A stretch of 64,000 bases of DNA from Heteronotia binoei (Eukaryota). The stretch spans positions 25,048,001 through 25,112,000 of the forward strand of contig NC_083237.1 in assembly GCF_032191835.1 (NCBI RefSeq), read 5' to 3'. The stretch's first letter is position 1. Every line of letters starts with the position of its first letter. This document shows positions 25,678 through 38,611 of this stretch, in pieces. A model generated the notes under the pieces. That model did no database searches. It saw only the letters and a list, made by a program, of their open reading frames with translations, and had not been told where the DNA came from. The position numbers were made by a program, and so were the translations under genes.

Positions 25678-28600
25678 TCACTCCTTCCGCTGGGGGTTCT
25701 GCACAGCTCCATCTCTGCCTTTTGGAGAGCCGCTCCGGTCCCTCCGGCCACCTTCCAACAGCTTTCCCAGCAGGAAGAAGGCCACAGCCCCGATATGGAT
25801 GCAGTAATAGATGGCGCTCCAGTAGTGGACGGTGTCCTCAAAGGTGAGCAGCACGAAGCCCATGCACATGTAGTCGTAGGCCCGCATCTTCAAGAACCAC
25901 TGCACCCAGTCGCCGTAGAGACGCCCTGCAGGGGAGAGGTGTTTCAAGAAGCCGCTCTCCATTGCACCTTCAGCCGCCAGGCAAAGTGGGATGGTCAGGA
26001 AGCTGAGGTAGTAGCCAGGGTGAATCCCATGCCAGTACGCAGAGATCAGCATTGTCCAGGCACTCCTGGGTAGAAAGGAGACATCAGCCCTAAAATTCTC
26101 CCCTCCTGTCAGCCCACAGATCCCAGAATCCTTCATTAGATCCCCTGCCTCTTTCCATCATCAATCCCTAACACTTTCTCTGTTGCCTTTATCAATCAAC
26201 TGCACAATTGCCCCTTCTCAAGCCAAACCCAGGGATCTTTCAAAGACAATGGCTCTTGCTCATTCCATCGTTCTAGGAAATTTCTTGCCACAAAGTGAAG
26301 TGGCCTACTATCCTCCCAGTATCTCACATCACTTCCCTGTAGGTTTCACAGCAACCATCAAATATTTCAGAAGTAATCACTATGTTCCTTATGAAAAATA
26401 GAAAGTTTTGTGGATTGCTTGTATTTTTATTTCCTGTCTTCCCCTTCTCCATCATGATTCATCTACACTCCTCTCCATGCAAGCTTACTGTTCAACATTT
26501 ATTCCTGCTATTCAGAATCCACTTTACCCATTTTGGACAAAATGAATTCATCAGCTCCTTCCATTTCTTCGTTCTACCAACAAACCACTGCCCTTTTCCC
26601 ATTTTTCCCAGAATTAGTTTCATTGTAACCAGGGCTTTCTGTGTAGCAGGAACTCCTTTGCATCTTAGGCCACCCACCCCTGATGTAGCCAATCCTCCAA
26701 GAGCTTACAAGGCTCTTAGTTCAGGGCCTACTGTAAGCTCTTGGAGGACTGGCTACATCAGGGAGGTGTGGCCTAATATGCAAAGGAGTTCCTGCTACAA
26801 AAAAGCCCTGATTGTAAGCCTTGAAATAGCTATCTAAATTTCTGTCTTACTCACTCACTATACAGTCGCTTGCATAATTCTCAGCTACACACTCCTGCCT
26901 GCTCTCCATCGCTCCTGGAATTGTCTGCCAGCTTTTCAGTTAACGTCTATCCTACAATACTTTCTGACTGCACCAATAAAAAGGTTCTTCACACTCTTAA
27001 GTTGATATGGAAGCAATTTACTGTAGGACTTGACAATTCACCCTTCCTCAAAGCCCACGCCCAGCAGGCCTGCAAGAGACTTTCTTCTCCCTCTCTAAAA
27101 TCTTCTTGTATCCCTTGCTCTGCAATTTAGCTCTACACACCTACACCCACCCATAGAATACTTCTTACCTCATGACGTAGGAACGAACAGGTGCGCTTTT
27201 GTAAATGTACTGTGCCAGCCACCACTGTACGGTCATGTTCCAGTAGCGCATACCATCCTTTACCTTGACGCAGAAGTCCGTGCCATGTGGGTCAATGTTC
27301 TTAATTGTCTCATAGTCATAGGTGATGCTCAACGCCTCCCCATCAGCTGATCTACTTGGAAGAAAAAGGAAGGGAGGGATTTTCATGTTTTCGTATCCTT
27401 CTCTATTGACTACTTCAGTGCCATGTACATGATGGCCTTAATGACTGTTCAGAAACTTTAAAAACTTTCATAGCTGAGCATGCACTTTGGTCCATATACA
27501 TCCCGCCTCAGCTCTGCCAAAATCTGCCAGATCTAAAGCATAAAGGAAGTGCTCAGAAACATCCTCCAGTTCCTCCAAAATCGGCCACATCTAAAGCATA
27601 CTGGAAGTGCTCAGAAGGGTTTCTATTTACCTAGCTGTTCAATTGATTTTTATGGATAGGTAGATCAATGGCTCTCTCACTTTCTCAGGTTGGTACTGCA
27701 TAATGGACTGCTTATTTACTCTCTCCAAAGCCACTGTGAGCTCATGTGGAAAGGGTTAGATTACATCTGCCCCCCCCCCGCCTTCCTCTGGAGTGTGTGG
27801 TGTGGCTTGCTAAGGTTCAGTCATGGGCTCTGCTCTCTGCATGTTGTTCTGCAAGTGAAATCAGTGGATGTGTCACAACTCTGACTGTTGCTCTTTTCAC
27901 TGCTGTTCACAACTTTTACCAAAGCTGTAAAATGCAAAAGACACACACAGCTATTTTGAAAGAACACAGAGCAATGCTAAGACCTGTAACTGCTCCAGAG
28001 AGCTAGTGCATGGTAAGAGATCCTGCTGTGGAAACACAGCTTTTGCAACACACATTGGCAGCAGGTAGAGTGTTAGCCTAAGAGTAGGAAGACTCAAGTT
28101 CAAATCCTTACCTGGCAACCTTGGGCCAGTCACCTTCTCTCAACCTAACCTACCCTGTAGGGTTGTGTTGTGTGGATGATATGAGGGAAGGGAGATGCAT
28201 AAAAAGGAAGGGTGGGATAAAAATATGATATCGGATTCCAGAACAGGCAGGATGAGCAAGTATGGGTGTGTATGTGTGAAGTGCCGTCAAGTCACAGACA
28301 ACTCACGGCCACCCCAGCAAGGGGCTTTTCAAGGCAAGTGAGAAGCAGAGAGGGTTTGCCATTGCAGAGTATTTCTTGGAGGTCTTCCTTCCTTGCTTAG
28401 CTCCCGAGATTTGAACAGATCAAGTTGTATTGTGCCGCCTTCCTTCCCTTGCAACACAAAAAAGAATCACAGGAGGCAAAATACAAAGAAAACCGTGGAA
28501 GATAACTAAAGGCATTCACTATCCAATGAAGTCTATTTCCATAAAATGCAATAACAACAACAACCTTGCATGTATGAGTAGCATTCTTATCGTATTGTAT

Positions 28601-31600
28601 GGAAACAGAATTTATTGGACAGTGAATGCCTTTAGTTATTTTTTACGTCTTTCTTTGTAGTTTGTCTTCCTTCCCTTGAGCAAGGATAGGATCAATTAAT
28701 TCATGTTGCCCAATTTATGGGCAGAATTTGACTACACATAGGTGCTTGCGTTTCATTACCCACAATCCTGTGAAAAAGCAAGGGACTACACCCTGGCATC
28801 ACAAGAGAAGAAAGGCTGCATGTTCTGTTTCCACGACAATTCTCCAAACTGCTTCAGACTGGCTATAGGGCCTCACTCCAGAAACGGAACGTCTCTGTGA
28901 CTCACCTGCTGAGAGGCTCATATTCCACAGTGGGGCCCCCGCCTGATCGGGATTTGGTAGCAACCGGGTAAGCCCCAAAGGCAGCCGCGATACAAGCACC
29001 TTCGGCACACAGCCAGGCCACATAGAAACGCATGCGGAAGACGAAAAAGACGGGCATCATGTAGAAGAGGCGGAAAGGAAGTCCTCGCTCGTAGAAGGTG
29101 TCGCTTCGGACGTAGTCAAGGGGAAAGAAGTGAGAGACCACCAGGAAAGCAACCCCAAAGATGGGGATCATTTTAGATCTGGAAAGCAGAGGTTGCCAGC
29201 TGGGGATAGCTGATGAGTCGGGCTGGTTCAGCCAGTCATAGTGAGTACGGTAGCGATAAAACGGGCCTGGGTACGAGAACAAAGGCAGACTCAGACCACA
29301 TTCCCAATCAGGGGTGTACCCCATGATGCAGTAATACATTTTAGTGACTTAGCAGTCTATGTCATGTGGGCCCAGGGGAACGGTTCCAAGTGTCCAGTAG
29401 CCTAGTCCTAGGTCTTTTGGAAAGAGTCCAGCAGACAGCCAAAACCTTCCAGATCTCAGTTTTCCCTGAACTGCGAATGCTAAAAGTTAGCAGCAGAACT
29501 ATTTGAAAATGTGCAGCTGTTTTCAGGATGCAACCATTAAAAGCCACCGTACAAACTGGATAGACAACAAAACAGAAATAATGACAGGAGGTAAAGAAAC
29601 AGAAACATGTTTGTACACACACATACACACACAACAGAAAATACGACCCAAACAAAAAGCAGAAAGAGACAAGCACAGCAGACGGCAAACGTGAAATTCT
29701 AATTCCTCTCTTCTTTTGATCTGCCATCTTTCATGGTCTTCCAAAAGAGACAAAACAGAAAACAGCAACATCTGGGGATGCTCTCTCCCCCCCACAAGTG
29801 GTTATAAGGCAGGGACATTCAATGGATCAAAGTGGTCCCAACCATGATTCACACAACTAAATAAGCCAGCATGGCTGTTAAAAGGCGAAATCACTATGGC
29901 TGTTTGGACACACATACACACATTCCGCCCTGCCCTGTTAGGTAACTCAGGTACCTGTCATGAGCCCCACATAGCAATAACTGTAGCATAGGATCTCCAC
30001 CAGTCCTGGCATTTTGGGGATCACGCCAATCACAGGAGACTTGCTAAATGATGCCACTTCCTGCTTCTTTGCTTGGGTGAATTCTTGCACTTCGTTGGCC
30101 AAGCTCACCATCTGGGAGACACAGAGACTACTATGGAAATGAACTTCCTAGAGAAGCCCTTCCCACCCCCTTCCCCAGTACAACTGGCTACCTTGAGAGT
30201 GAGCAAGAGTTGTATGGCATTGGTGTATGGTGTTGGGTCTGGGAAACCGAAGTATGCAACAGTGCGGAAAAAGAGCAGGTAAGAAAATGTCCAACCGAGC
30301 GTCAGGTAGTGGCAAGACCTAGTGTGAAAAGAGAGAAGCCATAAATAGAAATGATTAATGTTTCTCAATCACCCCGTGCAAAAAGTGTCAATTTCTCATT
30401 AACAAGAATCTCCATTTGCAAGACCCCCCAACTCTAGCTTTTGGAGAAGTCCAATCTCTTGGCCCTGTGTGCCAACTCACTGGAAGACTCCTTTCTCTAA
30501 AGACCACACGATATTTCTCCTTTGTTTGACCTCAGATCTCACAAGATGATGATGATATTGGATTTATATCCTGCCCTTCACTCTGAATCTCAGAGTGACT
30601 CAGTCTCCTTTATTTCCCCACCCCCCACAACAGACACCCTGTGAGGTAGGTGGAGCTGAGAGAGCTCTCACAGCAGCTGCCCTTTCAAGGACAAGCTCTG
30701 CAAGAGTGATGGCTGACCCAAGCCCATTGCAGCAGCTGCAAGTGGAGGAGTGGGGAATCAAACCTGGTTCTCCCAGATAAGAGTCTGTGCACTTAATAAT
30801 AATAATAATAATAATAAATTTTTATTTGTATCCCGCCCTCCCCGCCTAGGCAGGCTCAGGGCGGCTAACAGCATTTCATAAAACATACAATAATAAATAA
30901 CCTTTAAATTTAACAATATAAAACTTTAAGTTTAACAACAAGTTTAACAACAACATTAAAAACCAGTCAATACAATTAAAATAACTTGGTCTGACAGTGC
31001 CGATGGTGTATGACGCTAGTTCTGTCAGTTTATACATTCTATACAATTTACATAGCGGTATAAGTCTTTAACTAGAATAAGATCCTTAATTACACCAACC
31101 ATTAACCATTACACCAAACTGGCTCTCACAGTTTGGGAAGAGTTTCTCTAGGAAGTTCATTTTCCATGGCAGTCTCTGTGTCTTTCAGATGGTGACAACT
31201 AGAAGACCAAGGAGTCTCAGTTCCCCTTCCCTGGATCCAAGTTTTGTTTCCTGGGCCCCAGAGATTCAGACTGCTTGGTGGCTCTCATAATCCTTTGCAG
31301 TAGCCCAAACTACATTCCTTTCCCAGAAGGTTCCTCCCAGTCTCCACTTAAACTCCCAGGGCTTCCCAGCCTACCCAGAGAAGCCGGAACTTCCACAGTC
31401 CCCTGCACAGAGTACAACCTGCTCCATTACCTGGGAGAGAGACTGATGATAAGCCATGTCCCGAGGATGGTGACCAGTGAGTGGAGGGCGTGGATGTGGC
31501 AGGTAGTCAGCACAAGCAAAAGCCCTGCAGCTGCCCCTCCAAACTTCTTGGTCCTCAGCCCTGCAGGGAAGAAAAGGAACAAATGTGATGCAGTCAAGTA

Positions 31601-32446
31601 CATACAAGCATGGGTGATCACATCCCACACACACACAGTGGCACATCCCCCTTTTCCCCCAGTGAACAAATACAGGCGTGCATCATGGACCACTATGGAT
31701 CCAAACCCACTCCTTTCAGGACACACGCACAAGCCTCCAAACTGAATCCAAGGAACAAGAGATGGGCCCTAAGAAAGTCGTCACAATCACCACCTCAGTA
31801 ATGTGTTATTAAAATAAAAAAAGATTTTGTGTTTCCCTTCAAAAAAGACACTGATCAATGTTTAACTTGCTAAACATGCCAGGAATTTAAGCCTCTTTAA
31901 ACCAGGGGGTGGGGGGAGAAAAAGATTTATCAAACAAGATGGGGGGCAGTTGAATACCTGAGGGCGGGGAGCAGGGCTCTCCCCCGCAACAAAGAAACCC
32001 CCAACAACACGCTAGCTCCTGGAGGGTAGGGGGGAAGATACACCTATCTTCAAGCTACTGAGTTTCAACCACTGCTGATCAATACAATGGCCTTGACAGG
32101 AATTTAACTCTGGTTCTGAATGTCTGATGGAGTAAGCAGAGCTCTCACCCGATTGTTTTACCTTCTTGACACCCTCCAACCAATTATAATCTTCCTCCCT
32201 CCTTGAAGGTCTTGGCACATTCTCACATCTTTGTGATGGCACTGAGACTTAATCCACATCTCAGTTCCCTGCGAGTCCCTCTCAAGGTTGGGACCAGGCA
32301 GCCCGCTCTGTTGTGGTGAGGCAAGGTCTTCCTTCCCCCTACTTAAACAACCCCCAGGTCTAGCACTCACCCCCTTTCTTGAAGAGAAAACCAATGGGGA
32401 TGGAGACGAGAAGCACCATCAAGTAGGTCATTTCTTCAGGTGACAT
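25678..32446 (-). CDS. MBOAT7: Lysophospholipid acyltransferase 7 (LPIAT1), 7 coding exons, 473 aa
   Basis: Exons: 32446-32371, 31560-31431, 30318-30192, 30111-29955, 29266-28906, 27351-27169, 26065-25678; total 1422 nt, phases compatible. N-terminus MSPEEMTYLMVLLVSIPIGFLFKK; MBOAT motifs RYWNMTVQWWLAQYIY and SAYWHGIHPGYYLSF (catalytic His). Confidence 0.96.
26630..26810. mobile_element. Palindromic hAT MITE (CAGGGCTTTT family)
   Basis: Near-perfect internal palindrome, TIR CAGGGCTTT / AAAGCCCTG, TSD ATTGTAAC / ATTGTAAG (7 of 8 match). Confidence 0.85.
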
Positions 32447-32664
32447 GATTGCTGGTGAATCTTCCCCAAGTCAGAAAAGGCTGAATTCTGGAGGGTGGAG
32501 GAGGAGAGAAAAAACAGGTGAGTTTCTAGAGAAGTTATGAGTCAGTAGGTTAAAAGCAGGAAGTCTAGGATCCTTGTGTCAAAAAGTCTGGGACTCCACA
32601 GTCAGCACTAAAGGATGCTGAAATTTCATGTGTTCCAGCAATAGATCCTGATGAGAATGCGGTC

Positions 32665-33490
32665 TGGATAGTAAATAATCTTATTTTAAATATAAATAAG
32701 ACGAAGGAAATTATAGTGGATTACAGGAAGAATAGTTTGGACACCCAGCCGTTGTTTATTGATGGTGTTATGGTAGAACAGGTGACAGAATGGAAGTTTC
32801 TGGGAATTACCATGAAACAGGATCTAACATGGGGGGCAAATACTTTAGCTCTAGAGAAAAAGGCCCAGCAACGACTATACTACTTAAGACTCTTAAGATC
32901 ACTACAACTGTCAGGGAGTCTGCTGGTTGCCTTTTATCGTAGTTCCATTGAGAGCATTTTATCTTATTGCCTCTGCGCGTGGTTTGGGAGCTGCACGGAA
33001 GCAGAGAGAAGGGTGCTCCAAAGAGTGATGAGAAGAGCACAAAAGATTTGTGGATGTTCTCTCCCCTCATTGGTGGATCTGTATAATATGGCATGTAAAA
33101 GGAAGATACAAATGATCCTAAGGGACCATTCACATCTGGGCCATTTGCTTTTTGAGATCTTACCGTCAGGTAGACGATATAGAGTGTTGAAGGCTAGGAC
33201 AAACAGATTTAAGGACAGTTTCTATCCAAGTGCTGTGGTTAGGTTAAATGCAGGGTTATGAAGGATTATCTGTTTTAGATGTATTTAATGGTTTAAATGG
33301 TTTTAATGGTTTTATGAATGTTTATCCGTTTTAGATGTATTTAAATGGTTTTAATGGTTTAAATGGTTTATGAATATGTGTGTTTGATGTGTTGGTATGT
33401 TGTGGAAGAGCACCTCATTTCGTTGCTCTCTTTTTGTTGAGAACAATGACAATAAATTCATCTCATCTCATTCATCTCATCTCATTCTCA
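32665..33490 (+). mobile_element. Rex1/Babar LINE, 5'-truncated; intact ORF end, 3' UTR and (TCTCA)n tail
   Basis: Translation NNLILNINKTKEIIVDYRK...KFLG...DLTW...KKAQQRLYYLRLL...FYRSSIESIL...LPSGRRYR...RTNRFKDSFYPSAV, typical of Rex1/Babar RT C-termini; AATAAA then microsatellite tail at 33452-33490. Confidence 0.85.
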
Positions 33491-36400
33491 TAGTTACAGC
33501 AAGAAGATGGCTAGTAATACTGGATTTCTAGGGGTGGCACCCCAAAGGGTCAGAGTGGGGGATTGTAGCCAGAAATCCAGGTCTACATACAGTTTTCCAC
33601 CTTTTGACTCCAACAACTTCAAATTAGGGTTGTGAGTCACCACCACCCCTGACAAGCACTCCTGTGCCTTCAACAGCTGCCTGACCCACAAAAACATAAG
33701 AAGCGATGGCTTTCCATATCTTTTCAGCTTCAGGCCAGGAAAAGGAGTTCTTGTCAGAATCTCTGCCTGTCTGGCAGTGACTAAGGCATCAGAGCTCTGC
33801 CAGGAAAAAAAGCTGGGGTGGGGGGGAGAGAAGAGGAAGAGGAGGAAATTGGATTTATACCCCAGCCTTCACTTGGAGTCTCAGAATGGCTTACAATCTC
33901 CTTCCCTTCCTCACAACAGACACCGTGTCAGGTAGGTGGGGCTGCAGAACAGCTCTGAGAGAGCTATGACTGACCCAAAGTCACTCCAGCAGCTGCATGT
34001 GCAGGAGTGGGCAATCAAACCTGGTTCTCCCAGATAAAGAGTCCACATATTTAACCACTAAACCAAAATGACACACAAAACATGATACTCTAAGGGCAGA
34101 AGAGTTTACCCTTTGATTAAGCAGGAAAAGGATGATCCTAAGGTGCCAAGAAGGGATGAATTTGGGCTGCTCAAGCCCCTCAGGGGTGCTTCCAAGAACT
34201 GAAAGTGGACTAACAGGATACAGCAGGAATAAGGAAAGCAACTCCACGAGTCCTTGTTTACTACGGAAGAAAAGGGAGTAGATATGCAACCAGGGAAGCT
34301 GTGCAAAGATTTAACAGACAGGATTGCCAAATGTGGTACCTTTAAGAAGAGAAGTTTACACAGCTAAGAAGCCACAATTGGTGAAAACCCCTCTTTAAGG
34401 TAGAGCTATTCCTCCCCGCTTAGGTCCCAATTTCTAACATTAAATCTGTGTAAACAGACCATAATTTAAATCCCTCCGGAGAGCAGGGTCCTACAGCCGA
34501 TCACACCCAGTTCCATTGCCGTGCTCTGTCTTGCACAAACATCCCTGCCCCCACACAACTTTCTCCCAGTGGCCTGTGCCGATGTCCTTGTCTCTTTAAT
34601 CCCTCGCTGTCTCACTACCCTGGCTTTCTATATTTACATAGAAATCCTTGGGCCAGATTAAAGGGTAGGGATACCAAGGGCTTTTAGATGCACCAGCCCT
34701 GCTGTGGAGAACCCTGGAATCCTAATCCCCATGGGCTCTGCCGCAGTGAATTCATCAACTACCCCTGACTGCGGTAAAGTTAAAACACCCAAACAAACCG
34801 CGGTGAGAACTTCATGTATGTTCAGTTTAGCTTCCTACAATGAGATGTATTCTGTGGAACAATAAATAAAGCTTTGTACTTCTACTGAGGATCACGGAGA
34901 GAAAATAAGATCCTTGATTAAAATAATGGACACCGCAACCGAAATCCCCAAGCACCACGGCAACCTGGGGTTTGTCAAGGTCTGACTTGCCCATGCGGCT
35001 TTACATGTGTCCAGAGAGTCTTCTTTAATCTGTGCCTTACTGAGCACCTACTTTCCCCAATACACCAGAGATCTGTAGGCCACATATCTGTTGCGCTGCC
35101 ATGTTATGGTTGCACCTGCAGCTGCTTTGTACGGGTAGCAGCTCAATTTCAACAAGACACTGGGGTACCCTCCAACCAACTATACTGGGGGCATGCATAA
35201 CCACACAGGTAAGTTCCTCTTGCCTATCAGAGTTACATTTAAATTGGGCCTATTCAATTGGCAAGTATTGAACAGGTACAATCATGGTTAAACTCAGCAC
35301 TGCAGGATAAAGCCAAGGAAACAAAGCTACAAAACCAAAGACTGAAGAAATGGGGGGAGGGGAGAAGAAGGGGGGACAGGTAGGAAACAAAGAACACAGG
35401 TAGCTACTTTATGTTGTCACATCTGATCTATCTACCTACATCGACTGGCAGCAGCTCTCCAGGGTCCCAGGTCGAGATCTTTCACATCAACTGCTACCTG
35501 ATCCTTTAAACTGGAGATGCCAGGGATTGAACTTGCGACCTTCTGCCTGCATACTAAGCAGATGCTCTACTACTGAGACCTTGTATGATGGGAAAAGTGA
35601 AACAGAAGAGGCCAAGATTGGAAGGGAAACCAAAGAGGCCAAGAGAGAGCATTGAAGGATGCAGAGAGAGAGCGCTGTGGGGGTTAAGGAAGGAATAGTT
35701 AAGAGATGGAATTGCAGAGATCAGTAGGATGGGAAGACAAAATGGAACAACTAAACTGGACCAAGACTGATAGAAGATAATGGGGTGGATCTAACCACCC
35801 TATATGTCCAGCTTAAGTGTCTCTTCCTCTAAAGGAAGAACTACTTAAGTTTCAGAAGGTTTCATGCTTGAGCCAAATGAAAAAATTGAATGAATTTTGT
35901 TCAGTGGAGTAATAGGATCTACCCTAATGTGCATTACTGTGGAATATGCCTCCAGGAAGGGGAAAGAAGAGAATTTTGTGTGATGCTAGAAGATGCTATT
36001 TTTTAAGACTAGGAAAACTTCTCCTTGAAATGTTGATTGAACCTCAAAGTCCTGGCTGAATAATGTTTGCCCAATACCATATTTACTCAAAAGGAAAATG
36101 AATCTGAATGTTGAAATGACTCCCTTAAAAATATTATACATATAAAAAATTATTATTGGACATAACTGAAACATATATGCAAATAAGATAACCTTTTTTT
36201 TGATGGCATGCCTGCAGAAAAAAGTCTTGCATCTGAGTAAATACTGTGAATAATTAGCAAAGACATTTCTAGAAAACATAAGGGCATCATTGTTTTAACC
36301 CCTGCCAGAATCTGTCTCAGTCGCTTCCCAAGCCAGTGAAAACTTAAGCTTCCAGCTTGGCTTTAAGGTTTAGGAGATAACAAAATTGAGACTGCTCCAG

Positions 36401-36599
36401 GGTAAAGTCTGGGAATAAGGGGAGAAAACAGCGTTATCAAGCCTAGACAAATCTCTGAGCACACGCAGAGTGTATTCCTTGCAGCAGAATGCAGCAGTAT
36501 TAGCAAATCAGACAAGGGAAAATCACCCATTATTCCTGTAAGCAAAATAACATTAAGAGCAAAAAATAAACAAAACTGAAACATAATTAAAATCCTGAG

Positions 36600-37950
36600 G
36601 ATTCTTTTTATAGCAGGGCAGGGTTTTCGGCGGGGGTGAGATCTCTGACCTGAAGAAGAAAAAAGGAACTAGCAATGAGACTCACAGGGCGGGTTCTGCA
36701 CACGACGGTGTGGAAGCTGCAACAAAAACACCTTTCTTCTAGAAAGGAGGCCTTCCGAGCGCTTGAGTCAGCGACTACCGGCCAAGCGGCTGTACATCTA
36801 TCGATCTTCCCAACCACCCACTGGATACTAGAATAATTCCTCCTGGATAAACCAGACCTACAGGGTTATTTCTCCCCACCCCAAAGAAAACAAGAGTCAC
36901 ATCGATGCAGAGTTGTGGGGCTATCCGAAAACTTGCACTCACTCATCTATTACATTTTGGGCCGGTCCTAACAATGGCTATGTGTTTTTAGGGCAACGCA
37001 CAGCTTCCCTTCTCCTCGGCCTCATTTCTAACCATCAACTGTGGTAGGGCTCTGATCTCCTATTCGAGGAGATGGTTAAGTGACCTGGCACCTCGCCCTA
37101 GGCCCCTGGCTTCAAAGCCCCCAGATTCCTCTTTCGCCCACTAAACCCAGGAGGAGTCCCGGCTCCCGGGATCCCCCTTGGTCTAACCCCCCCCCCCCCC
37201 CCAAGGCACGAACCCCCGTTCCAGGTCACTCTGCGTGCGATCCTTTCCCACGTGCAGAGGTGGATTTGGAGGGAGGGATCGGCCCGGCTGCTTAGGAACT
37301 TGTGAGCCGATCACGACCTTCCGAAACCCATTTCGGAGACGGGCAAGTCCACCCGCCCTCGGCTTGCCTCCTTGCAAAATTACCCGCCTCCCCTCTTCCT
37401 GGCTTGCTCGGCCGCTTCCTGCCTCTCTTGCACGGCTTCCTCTTCTTCTGGGCAAGAACGAACCCGGGGGTGGGTTTCCTTCTCCCCTCGCCCGTCCTCC
37501 TCCTCCTCCATTGCACCGCCTCCGGCTCCCGGAGCAGCTATTGGCGCTTCTTGCATGATCTATTGGTCAAAGTATCTATCACTCAGGGATGATCAAAGGG
37601 GCGGGGACTGGGGGGAAAAGGATTCCCGGGTGTGCGCGCAAAACTGCCTGATGAGTTGAAAACGCAAGGCGTGGGCGCGGATCCCCGGGCTTGCAAGACG
37701 AGGTCAGCGTGCTGGGAGGGGAAGGATCCGGACTACCGAGGGAGGGGGTTGGAGATCGGATGACTCAGGAGCAGGGATGCAGGCAACAGGCACTGCTGTT
37801 TTCTTTTCTTTGGAAGCAGAAAGAAAGAAAAAGCAAGCCCCTGTTCTCTTACTTACAAATTATCCGCGGCCTGTTTACTCGGGGGAAGCCTCACGTAGTC
37901 CTGCGAGTTTTACTGCAAAGCAGAATCGCAGCCTAAGGTAGTGAATGCAT
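36600..37950. promoter_or_regulatory. CpG island; bidirectional promoter region of MBOAT7 (-) and TSEN34 (+)
   Basis: High GC and CpG density between head-to-head genes; CCAAT boxes (37540-37544, 37562-37566), GC boxes, TGACTCA near 36765; minus-strand donor GTGAGT at 36685 suggests a non-coding MBOAT7 exon. Confidence 0.7.
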
Positions 37951-38611
37951 TGGGGGGAAAGTGTTGATCGAGATGCGATCATGCAAAATGCGAACTGTGT
38001 AGCAGCAGAAGCTCTTAAGATGACACATCTGTATCTGTAACGTTTTAGTTAAGGGAATAAGTTGTGCACTTCTGGAAGACAATGGTGCGTTAGGGGCCTT
38101 TGTTAAGTGGTATTATATAGTTTTTAAATGTTTTTCCAGATTTCTTCTGCAAAGGCAGAGGGAGAACGTTTGGATTAGTTAGCACTGGGCAACCACAGCT
38201 GCCTCTCAACACAGGTAAGGGATCATACGTTGTCGGGTGGAAGTTGGAAGAGGCTTGGAGATTTGGGGAAGGAAGGTTGGAAGAGGCCTGGGGATTTTGG
38301 GGAGGGAGCCTGAGGAGGACAGTGATCCCAGTGGGTTGGAGTGTCACAGAGTTGACCCTCCAAAGCATCCGTTTTCGTTAGAAGAACTGATGTTTGGAGA
38401 TGAGCTGTAATTCCAGGGGGTCGCCAAGTCCCACCTGGAGGCTGGCATCCCTAAATGTACATAATGCAACCTGTTCACACCACAGCATCAGGCGCATTTG
38501 GAGGCTGCTGGGAAACATCTGCAAACAACAGCCTCACCTCTAAGGCCCATGAATCTCACAATTGTTTCTCCTTGGTTTTCTTTCCAGAGAAAGACCCATA
38601 CAGGCTCTGTT

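Noticed and set aside
30795-31000. (AAT)n followed by ATCCCGCCCTCCCC...GGCTCAGGGCGGCT, also at ~11067-11230 and ~39676-39750
   Set aside because: Common squamate retroelement tail-type repeat; nothing locus-specific.
35900-36290. AT-rich segment with a 97-aa minus-strand ORF
   Set aside because: More likely a decayed L1/Tx1-type LINE remnant with stops on the + strand; too degenerate to call.
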